A stretch of DNA of 40,992 nucleotides from Bdellovibrionota bacterium (GTDB taxonomy: Bacteria; Bdellovibrionota_C; UBA2361; JBGSMV01). The notes below the pieces were generated by a model that saw only the letters and a program-made list of their open reading frames with translations, was not told the DNA's origin and did no database searches. Positions 18,645 through 26,310 of the stretch are shown here, one piece after another; position 1 is the stretch's first letter; the number at the start of each line of letters is the position of its first letter. The DNA lies in the NCBI GenBank assembly GCA_044356455.1, contig JBIKWF010000033.1, positions 1-40,992 on the forward strand, in the 5' to 3' direction. The position numbers and the translations under genes were made by a program.

Positions 18645-19811
18645 ATGGTGCTAGAAACAACCAATCAGGGCGTGTCCGAGGGCGCCAAGGGCGCGGACGA
18701 GGGGTCCTCCCTTGTGATGCCAAAGGACCTCCCCGGGGGCGAGGCAGCGCCGCGAGACAGCGTGCTTCCCAAGCGCTCTCCCAAATTGGCGCGCGTCGTG
18801 TGCGATATCAAATCAGAGTCTGTGGCTTCCGGGGTAGGGCTGCGCAGGGATTCGATGGGTGGACTGCTCCTAAGGCTTCGTGACCTAGCGGATAACCCTA
18901 ATTCTTCCCGAGGCCTTGGCCTTCAGATTCTGGCGCGCGAGGTGGCTACGAGTATCGAAGGATTGCCTCGCGCTCAGGTCGAAATCTCCGCCTCGCAAGC
19001 AGCCTCGCTTATAAAGGAAGCCGTAGCGTCGCATGAGTCCCGAATCCGGTTGGAGCAAGAAAAATCAGGGGCACTTCCGCGGGCCCGAAAGGCTTCCGAC
19101 TGCCCCAGTGAATGGATCACGACTCTTCTAAAGTATGCTGCGCTTGGAGACGTTGAAGAGGAGTTTGCCTTGCAGGTTGAGGAGTGTTTATTGGGAACTC
19201 CTGAACCGAAAAAAAGCAGCGTAGATTTGCGGAAGGTATTTTGCGATTGGGAGACGGACTCTGCGGAGCTTTATCAGAAGATTCTTAGCCTCTTGACTCC
19301 AGGCGAGGCAGAAATTCTTCGCAGAGAGTATCAGAAAATTGCCGCAATCTGCGAGAAGCAGCCATTTGAATTTGATTCGGAATGTATTGAAGGCCTTCGA
19401 GTTTTCTTCTCTGACGGGGTGAGAAAACGCAAGGAGAGATTCGGTGAACTTGAACAAACCGCACTAGAGCCATCGATTAGAAAATCCTTTTTGATGTCAC
19501 TTACTACCTTGGAGCTGGCGCTTACGCAGGCGATCCTGCTTGAGGCGCCCGAGTGGCTAAAGGCTAACTTGGGAAGCAATAAAGGAATTAATCAAGAACT
19601 CTTGCAGCATTGGTCAAAGTCCGTAATCGGGGGAGCCAGGAATGGCGCGCGCGTGCACAGCATAGGGGATTATTATAGCGAGCTTGGCACGCTTGAGCGT
19701 GACCCCTGGGTAGTTCATCAACCGGCGCGGCTACGCCAAGGGCTTAGAATCCTGCGATATGCGGTCGGGGTATGGAAAGACAGACTCAGCAAGGTAAAAG
19801 CAAGTGACTAA
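18645..19811 (+). CDS. Hypothetical protein, mostly alpha-helical
   Basis: 388-aa ORF overlapping the next start by 8 nt; no motif recognised. Confidence 0.7.
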   Translation: MVLETTNQGVSEGAKGADEGSSLVMPKDLPGGEAAPRDSVLPKRSPKLARVVCDIKSESVASGVGLRRDSMGGLLLRLRDLADNPNSSRGLGLQILAREVATSIEGLPRAQVEISASQAASLIKEAVASHESRIRLEQEKSGALPRARKASDCPSEWITTLLKYAALGDVEEEFALQVEECLLGTPEPKKSSVDLRKVFCDWETDSAELYQKILSLLTPGEAEILRREYQKIAAICEKQPFEFDSECIEGLRVFFSDGVRKRKERFGELEQTALEPSIRKSFLMSLTTLELALTQAILLEAPEWLKANLGSNKGINQELLQHWSKSVIGGARNGARVHSIGDYYSELGTLERDPWVVHQPARLRQGLRILRYAVGVWKDRLSKVKASD

Positions 19812-20568
19812 TACAAATGAACTAAATATAAATGGCGGCGCGGCGAAGAGAGGCACTCTCTACTTACTTCCCGTCTGCCTTGGGGAGGAAGCCTTGACGG
19901 AAGTCTTGCCCGATAGCGTGCTTGCGCGAACGCGTGCTCTTAACTCGTTCATCGTAGAGGAAGCCAAGACTGCTCGCGCGTGGTTAAAGCGCTGCGAACA
20001 TCCTCAACCGATTCAAGCGCTCCAGATATCCGTATTTAACGAGCACTCCAAAGATTCTGATATTCCAACGCTGCTTGAGCCTCTTCGGCGTGGGGTAGAA
20101 GTAGGACTCTTTAGTGAGGCGGGTGTGCCTTGCGTTGCTGACCCAGGCGGAAGAATTGTTGCGGCAGCGCATCGCGAAGGCTTTCAAGTGCAGCCGCTCG
20201 TCGGGCCCTCGTCTTTACTTCTAGCTCTTATGGCCTCAGGGCTTGAGGGCCAGTCATTTGAAATGGTGGGCTATCTTCCCGTGGATGACGCTGCCCGGTC
20301 TCGTGCGATTAAGGCCCTTGAGGCCGAGGCGCGCGAGCGGCAGCAGACAAAAATGTTTATCGAAACTCCTTATCGCTCCCAACGAATGCTTGAGGCGCTC
20401 TTGGCGGGACTACAAGACGGAACCGTATTGTGCGTCGCACGAGCACTCCTGCAAGGTTCTCAAGTAATTAAGACTGCGCGAGTTTCCGAGTGGCGCACGG
20501 CGGTTCCAGAGTTGGGCAAAGAGCCCTGTGTGTTTCTGATAGGGATGGGCTTCCAAGCGAGAAAGTGA
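19804..20568 (+). CDS. RsmI-like SAM-dependent methyltransferase (tetrapyrrole methylase fold)
   Basis: GTLYLLPV, NEH, SEAGVPCVADPG, PLVGPSSLLLALMASG and FIETPYR. Confidence 0.9.
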   Translation: MTNTNELNINGGAAKRGTLYLLPVCLGEEALTEVLPDSVLARTRALNSFIVEEAKTARAWLKRCEHPQPIQALQISVFNEHSKDSDIPTLLEPLRRGVEVGLFSEAGVPCVADPGGRIVAAAHREGFQVQPLVGPSSLLLALMASGLEGQSFEMVGYLPVDDAARSRAIKALEAEARERQQTKMFIETPYRSQRMLEALLAGLQDGTVLCVARALLQGSQVIKTARVSEWRTAVPELGKEPCVFLIGMGFQARK

Positions 20569-20633
20569 GGAGCTAAAGAGAAAGGGCGAAGGATTGTAAG
20601 CCTCGCCACTTTCAGAATTGAGGGAGAGCTAGA

Positions 20634-20957
20634 GTGACCAAGGGAACACTTCGCGATTTACAACTGACGCATGTCGTCGCCGAGGAGCTCAATTTTATAT
20701 TGGGAGGCGCGAGCGATCCTTATCTCTCAAGCATGCGGGTTTCTGAGGTGCAGGCCGGGAAGGGGGCGGGACATTTTACGGTGATGCTCGTGCCGGATGA
20801 GAGCGCCGATGGACTGCCTCCTGCTAAGGATCTCAAAATGGCGCTTGAAAGAGCGGCTGGATTCGTCAGGGCTGAACTGGCAGAGGCGCTTAACTTGAAA
20901 CGTACGCCTGAGCTTACGTTTGTGCTTGACCCAAGGGTGCCGCTTCCTAAGGCCTAG
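20634..20957 (+). CDS. RbfA-like protein (divergent ribosome-binding factor A homolog)
   Basis: DP motif and ALERAAGFVRAELAEALNLKRTPELTFVLD; GTG start with RBS GAGGGAG. Confidence 0.8.
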   Translation: MTKGTLRDLQLTHVVAEELNFILGGASDPYLSSMRVSEVQAGKGAGHFTVMLVPDESADGLPPAKDLKMALERAAGFVRAELAEALNLKRTPELTFVLDPRVPLPKA

Positions 20958-21104
20958 GGATCCTCTGAAAAATTCGTTCGCCCTTCGCGTTATTCCCGAA
21001 AATTTCGCTTGCCCGCTATGTTTGGGTTTAACACGAAGGACGCGAAGAGCGCGAAGGAATCCCACTGGTTACCTTTGCGACCTTCGTGTCCTTCGCGTTA
21101 AAAC
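20954..21104. mobile_element. Related MITE-like element: same left end, different internal palindrome
   Basis: CTAGGGATCCTCTGAAAAA overlaps the RbfA-like stop codon. Internal inverted repeat TTTAACACGAAGGACGCGAAGAGCGCGAAGG / CCTTTGCGACCTTCGTGTCCTTCGCGTTAAA. No right TIR is evident. Confidence 0.6.
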
Positions 21105-21226
21105 TGCCTTACAATTCTTAAGAGAATTTGCAACTCACCACACTCGCCTTTATTGCTCCCAGCCCGTCTGTGCTGTGAGCGATGACGGCTAGCTCCTGGG
21201 AGCTTGTAGTGAATAGAGTAGGGAAG

Positions 21227-21703
21227 ATGACCCGAAGTACCTTACATCTTCCGCTGGCCCTCTTTTTCACCCTCCTTGGCGCCGCTTCCGCTTTTGCGTA
21301 TTTCTTCTTTACTTCCGACCACTCACTCATCAACAGCCAGCGCGGCTTTATCCCCACCTGGCTTATCTCGTGTTTCTTCTGGGGCGGCCTCAAAGGCCAC
21401 TTTGTGCGCCGATCCAAAGATACGGAGAATCTCTTTGAAGCGAGTCTTCGAGCTTACCTGCTTTTTGCAGGCGCCCTATGCACCGCCATGGTGGGAACGT
21501 ACCTCGTCGAAGGGGTTATGCTGGCTTGTAACGGCGATCCCTTGGGCGGCGCGCTCAAGGTCCTTATGGCGCTGCCCTATGGCCCCTTCATCGGAATCCT
21601 GGCCTGTCTTTATTCCCTTTGGGTGCTCATTCCGGCTGCGGTGATTGCGGCTCTAATTCTATTCTCCCCAGGGCCCAAGAAGAGAAATAGGCCCGCTTCG
21701 TGA
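21227..21703 (+). CDS. Hypothetical membrane protein
   Basis: Four to five hydrophobic segments; start ATG 21227 or 21182. Confidence 0.7.
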   Translation: MTRSTLHLPLALFFTLLGAASAFAYFFFTSDHSLINSQRGFIPTWLISCFFWGGLKGHFVRRSKDTENLFEASLRAYLLFAGALCTAMVGTYLVEGVMLACNGDPLGGALKVLMALPYGPFIGILACLYSLWVLIPAAVIAALILFSPGPKKRNRPAS

Positions 21704-21810
21704 GTCGTGCGACGCCGCAAGAGAAGTCTCATGGTGCCCGAGCGATCGTGCGGTTGTTCACCTATCACTTCACAAGGCCATATTCCTGTTGGTGGAGATA
21801 CGCTCGCCAC

Positions 21811-22626
21811 TCACTTTCGGCCAAGGCACCATGGAGGCTTAAGCAGATGATAGGCGATACCGGCTGAAATGAGTGCAGCGCCCACCGAAGCGAGGGTCCC
21901 CCAAAGGACTCCTACCGCAAGGAAAGAAAATTGAACTGCCAACGAGAACACAAAAAGGTTGAGCATAGTGCTAACAAAAAGCGGCCGAGTAAGGGCTAAG
22001 GTGAGAGGTCGTCCGTCGGCAAGGTAGGCGATGGTAAGAGTGGCAAGCGTTGCGGCGGGAAACATCGCAGCCACTCCGCCCAAGCTTGGGCCGGCAACTG
22101 AACTCACTAGCACGGGTATCGCGACTCCGGCTCCCGCACTAACCGCGCGAAGGGCCATTTGGGTTATTCTGAGCGGAACTTTTCGTCCCGAGACTTCGGG
22201 AACACTCAAAAGGCGAAAGAGTGCGATATAACCAAGCACCACTCCTGAGCCATAGACACTCAAACACCCGGCCCAGGTGTGCGGAACGCCGAAGAAAACC
22301 GCGCTCGCAAGCGCAATCCAAACAATCGATCCAGCAATGACAGATCCGAAAAACGACCAGCCGCGAGAAAAGAGGAAAACATAGGCAGAAACGAAGGCCC
22401 CGTAACATGCGATTCCAAAAGGAATCATAAAGGCGGCTTTTGCGGCATAGGCCGGGCCTTCCACGCAGCCCAGAAAAACCAGAGTGACAAGCCCCACCGA
22501 GGGAAGGCCCCCAATAATGCCTCCCCAGCGCGACCCGGCTCTCTGGGCAATAAAGGCCACGAGAGAGACGAAGCTTCCTCCAATTACAAAACTGAGAAGT
22601 ATTCGCTCGGCAAGTGTGTCGCTCAT
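21811..22626 (-). CDS. Multi-pass membrane protein (DUF3147-like, internally duplicated)
   Basis: Two related halves (GSRWGGIIGGLP and GPSLGGVAAMFP); about 8 TM helices. Confidence 0.75.
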   Translation of the reverse strand: MSDTLAERILLSFVIGGSFVSLVAFIAQRAGSRWGGIIGGLPSVGLVTLVFLGCVEGPAYAAKAAFMIPFGIACYGAFVSAYVFLFSRGWSFFGSVIAGSIVWIALASAVFFGVPHTWAGCLSVYGSGVVLGYIALFRLLSVPEVSGRKVPLRITQMALRAVSAGAGVAIPVLVSSVAGPSLGGVAAMFPAATLATLTIAYLADGRPLTLALTRPLFVSTMLNLFVFSLAVQFSFLAVGVLWGTLASVGAALISAGIAYHLLKPPWCLGRK

Positions 22627-22941
22627 GGGGTCGCAAAGGTGAGACGGTGGATAGCCAGCGCGTAGTCACGATTGAACAGTTTTGGAGAGCAGGCAATATA
22701 GACTGGCTTTGGTTAAGCTCCTCATCTGGCTCTTGTTTCTGCTGAGCACCACTTCGGGCGAGAAAGCGGAGAGCGAGGCAATCATATTTTCATAAAAAGT
22801 GTTGAAAGCCCTTTTTAATTTTGTTAGGGTCGCCGCAACGTCGGCTCTCTTGTGCCGGTTCTCCCCTGAGTTGTTCTTTAAGCTTCTTGTTATTCTGTAG
22901 TTCAAAATTAATTCAGAATCGCAACTCGAGTAGAAGTAAGC

Positions 22942-23068
22942 GAGTCATCCGTACAGTCGGCGCGCGACAGTAACTTAGGCGCCGAGTGTAAGGGTGACTC
23001 ACGGCAATTAAGGTTAATTGAGCTTCTCGCTAGCTAGGTTCAAATTTGAGCTGGCTAGTGAGGAGTTC
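22942..23068 (+). ncRNA. Candidate structured RNA or 5' leader made of consecutive long hairpins
   Basis: Hairpins at 22942-23000, 23005-23020 and 23020-23068; most imperfections are G-U wobbles on the + strand. Confidence 0.35.
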
Positions 23069-23118
23069 AGTGAGGTTCAACAACTACGTCCGAACGTTCG
23101 GACAGAAAGAGAGTAGCC

Positions 23119-23913
23119 ATGAACACGTGGCTCAAGACGCGCAGCATTCTCACCGTTGGTCTGATCGTGACCAGCTTCGCTCTGGCCCTCACCGCCTGCA
23201 AGGGCAAAGTGACGGTCGACACCCCCTTCGGGGAGGGCACTTTCGAGGGTGAGGGAGGGGCAGCGCAGCAGATCCCTGCTGACTTTGTGCCCGAGGGTCC
23301 GCCCTGCGGGCAAGTCGAGATCGGGGGCAAGCTGTACTACATCTTCTGCTCGGGTGGACGCCCGATCTACATGAAGCCTGCCGAGTACGAAGAGGGCGAG
23401 TCGCCCTACCTCATCCCGATCCGGAAGGTCAAGCCGGTCGAGCAGCCGTGGCAGACCAGTTCCATTGCTCACTCGGGCAAGGTTGTGGTTCGCAAGACGG
23501 GCCCGAGCGAGTTCGAGTTCAGCTTCGATGGCGAGCTTTGGGAGTTCGTCCCCCAGACTTCTCTCATCCCCGCGTCGTACTTTCAGGGGACGGCGGAGGA
23601 GCTCATCGCCGATTGGCACATCGGTGCCCTCAACTCGAAGAGCCTCGAACTCCCCTTCGAGTTCGAAGTCGATGACTCGACGGGCAAGGTTCTGGCCCTT
23701 ATCCCGTTCACCACGGGCGTCGGCCTGACCCAGCTTCCCAGCCCGTGGGACTTCGGCCTCGAGCAGGAGACGATTGTGGTGGTCTCCGCGGATCCCCACG
23801 GCAAGGACTTCGTCATGAAGGCGGTCGCTGGAGACCGTCACGAGGTCCTGGCGTACTTCGACGCGCTTGGCAGTGCAGTCGAGATCGAGGGCGTCTCGAT
23901 TCCTCTCGACTGA
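23119..23913 (+). CDS. Hypothetical lipoprotein
   Basis: Signal peptide with lipobox LTAC; very high GC3, which explains the long antisense ORF. Confidence 0.85.
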   Translation: MNTWLKTRSILTVGLIVTSFALALTACKGKVTVDTPFGEGTFEGEGGAAQQIPADFVPEGPPCGQVEIGGKLYYIFCSGGRPIYMKPAEYEEGESPYLIPIRKVKPVEQPWQTSSIAHSGKVVVRKTGPSEFEFSFDGELWEFVPQTSLIPASYFQGTAEELIADWHIGALNSKSLELPFEFEVDDSTGKVLALIPFTTGVGLTQLPSPWDFGLEQETIVVVSADPHGKDFVMKAVAGDRHEVLAYFDALGSAVEIEGVSIPLD

Positions 23914-24123
23914 TAGGTTGCGGATTCAGACGGCATAGGCCTCATTGCGCCTTCTGATACTTCAGAGCTGAATGCGACACTTCAATGTGTTGAATGGTGA
24001 TGGAAAGATCGGCTACCAACAGTAGAACCGAACTAACCTCCTCTCGATCAAGTACATCAATCCAAGGTTAACCCCATGCCGTGAGTTACCTGGATTATTT
24101 TAAGTATTCTAAGACGACTGGTT

Positions 24124-25239
24124 ATGACCAACCTTTCTCGCATTGTCCCATCGGCTGCCTTGTCATCGGCTGCTTTGTCGATTGCGGTAGGAATAAATGG
24201 ATGTAGCTCAGTTGCGCCAGGAATTCTGTCAGGGCAAGTGCCTGCGTGCCCACAGGCCTTGAAGGAAAATTTAAGGTGGAGCCCTCGCGCGCAGTCCGCA
24301 GAAGGCAAGTCCGAGATAGGCTATAGTCTTCGGCGCTCGATACAGGCGCCGGACATTCAGCAAATTGACATTGATAATTCTGGAACAGAGCTGCGAGTCA
24401 AAGGTGCATTGAACGGCTGGGATGGGCAAGGTAGCGCAACTACCTTTGTTCTTGATACCGGCGGTATCTACGAAATCATTCTGCCTCGGGGGCAGGCTGG
24501 TTCTGAGATCGTATACTTGCCCGAAGTCGAGCCTGTGAGCAGTCAAAGTGCTGCAGGTATTCAGCAGAGTGCGCTGGGATTTGTCGCTGGAATTACAGTC
24601 GAAGGAATTCGCTGGGATCGGCTTGTGGCGAGGCTCCCAGCTTCCGATACAAGCATCACACAAGCGCATCTGGGGCTTTTGCCCCTGAGTGCCTGTGCCG
24701 CGGTAAAGCTCGATGTCGCCAGAGAGTTCCTGGCTCTCGCCGCCAAATCCCCAGAGGCGCTCTTTACTGAAACCTCGAACGCCTGGTGTTCGATACCCTG
24801 GAAGGGATTTGGAGCTTGGAAATGGGAAGATCCCCAAGTGCGTGGCTTCTATAATCCCGCTTGTGGGGCTCAGCAGGAAGACCCCAATCAATTTGAAATG
24901 CCTCATATCGAGGTGCTAGTTGATGGGAGACCCATGCGAGCCGTCATTGATAGCGGTTGTGATGTAGGGATTTGCTTTTTCGAAGATCGCCCTCTCGCGG
25001 ACTCACGTCAAAGAACAGTTGCAACCACCGGAAAAGATGCCAGCGTTCAATATGGGCGCTTCACTGGCGAACTGAAGATTGGAGAGATTACTGCGACGAA
25101 TCTAAGTGCCTATGTAATCGAACCTCAACCGGGGAATGGAACTCGACCTTATGACATTCTCTTAGGAATTGAATTTCTTAATCAGGTGGTAGTGATATTT
25201 GACTTTGAGCATCAGCAAATTCACCTGAGGCCAAATTAG
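24124..25239 (+). CDS. Two-domain retropepsin-like aspartyl protease, probable lipoprotein
   Basis: FVLDTGG and AVIDSGC catalytic motifs, C-terminal ILLGIEFL...FDF, and lipobox-like INGC. Confidence 0.8.
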   Translation: MTNLSRIVPSAALSSAALSIAVGINGCSSVAPGILSGQVPACPQALKENLRWSPRAQSAEGKSEIGYSLRRSIQAPDIQQIDIDNSGTELRVKGALNGWDGQGSATTFVLDTGGIYEIILPRGQAGSEIVYLPEVEPVSSQSAAGIQQSALGFVAGITVEGIRWDRLVARLPASDTSITQAHLGLLPLSACAAVKLDVAREFLALAAKSPEALFTETSNAWCSIPWKGFGAWKWEDPQVRGFYNPACGAQQEDPNQFEMPHIEVLVDGRPMRAVIDSGCDVGICFFEDRPLADSRQRTVATTGKDASVQYGRFTGELKIGEITATNLSAYVIEPQPGNGTRPYDILLGIEFLNQVVVIFDFEHQQIHLRPN

Positions 25240-25478
25240 AAGCTAATCCTTCTGTGACAAGGGCTTCATACAAAGTCGTTCCATAGCCAGGGCCACTCTA
25301 CCTCATGCAGTGGTGAAGTTCATGGGCGAGAGTTCAGGGAAGCTTCTCCGTGATGCTCCGCGCAAGGTCGGGGCAGTTCGGAGCAGCTGAAATAAGTATG
25401 ACATTTGAAGAGGGGGAGTATCTTCCACCTGAAAGTGCCGCGACTTTGTCCGCCAAATTAGTTAGGACCAACATCCCC

Positions 25479-25594
25479 GGGCGTCAGCCACGGCCCCTTC
25501 AGGGGAAGGGCGTGAGCCACGGCCCCTTCAGGGGAAGGGCGTAAGCCACGGCCCCTTTAGGGGAAGGGCGTCAGCCACGGCCCCTTCCGAGGGG
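25479..25594. repeat. Tandem repeat, 4 x 29 bp
   Basis: GGGCGTnAGCCACGGCCCCTTyAGGGGAA at 25479, 25508, 25537 and 25566 (last copy diverged at its end); no spacers. Confidence 0.95.
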
Positions 25595-25632
25595 TACGGC
25601 TGAGTAACGGGCGGCGCTCGGGGGAAAATTAT

Positions 25633-26310
25633 CTACATCCTGGGTGCTGTCACCGAACTGCGAAACCCTTTGGTGAGCACCGCAAACGCACCAAAATTAT
25701 AGACCACGTGCGCGGCCATGGGCACGGCGAGGGATTCACTGAGATGTAGTGACGCGCCGAGGGCAAGTCCTGCGATGAGATACACGACTACGACGCGCGG
25801 GAATTGCACGGCGGACATGCCAAAATGAACCAGGGCAAAAACGAGGGCTGAGAGCAGGTGGGCTAGGGCCGCGCTTCCTAAGAGGCGCGTGAGTTCCGTA
25901 AGGAGCACTCCGCGGAAGAAAAGTTCTTCTGCGACGCCGGAGAAGAGCGCGAGGACAAGGGCGCTTGCGAGGGATAGGTCGCGCACCAACGGGAGCACAA
26001 ATAAATTGAGAAACTGAGAAAACTCAGCTTTCCAAGACCAGGGGGGATTGGGAGAGAAACACAGGAAATTGAGGGCGGCGAGGACGAGCAGGCAGGAGAC
26101 AAAGATAGAGATCTCTGAATGTCCGAGCGCCAAGGACCAATTCATGCCGCGCCACCAAGCCCACACGAGAGAGGCGGCAAACAGGGCGCCCTCAAGGCTT
26201 AGCCCAAAGAACAAAACAGTTTTGCGGGGGATAAAGGGCGGCAGAGCGTTTGATTCGGTGAGCTGGCTGCGTTCGGGAGGCTCAGAGAGTTTCAAAGGCC
26301 TGATTCCCAT
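25633..26310 (-). CDS. CPBP family (CAAX/Abi) intramembrane metalloprotease
   Basis: EELFFRG, FALVH and AHVVYN motifs. Confidence 0.93.
   Translation of the reverse strand: MGIRPLKLSEPPERSQLTESNALPPFIPRKTVLFFGLSLEGALFAASLVWAWWRGMNWSLALGHSEISIFVSCLLVLAALNFLCFSPNPPWSWKAEFSQFLNLFVLPLVRDLSLASALVLALFSGVAEELFFRGVLLTELTRLLGSAALAHLLSALVFALVHFGMSAVQFPRVVVVYLIAGLALGASLHLSESLAVPMAAHVVYNFGAFAVLTKGFRSSVTAPRM

Noticed and set aside
22942..23068. Retron msr/msd interpretation of the hairpin cluster
   Set aside because: No adjacent reverse transcriptase and no clear a1/a2 flanking inverted repeats.
23077..23841. 254-aa antisense ORF opposite the lipoprotein
   Set aside because: Explained by the extreme GC3 of the sense gene, which has a clear signal peptide and lipobox.
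25479..25594. Possible CRISPR array (29-bp repeats)
   Set aside because: The repeats are contiguous with no spacers, and there are no cas genes in the window.
9892..25600. Integrated prophage or island at tRNA-Val
   Set aside because: No integrase, no duplicated tRNA 3' end noticed, and most genes have host-like composition.
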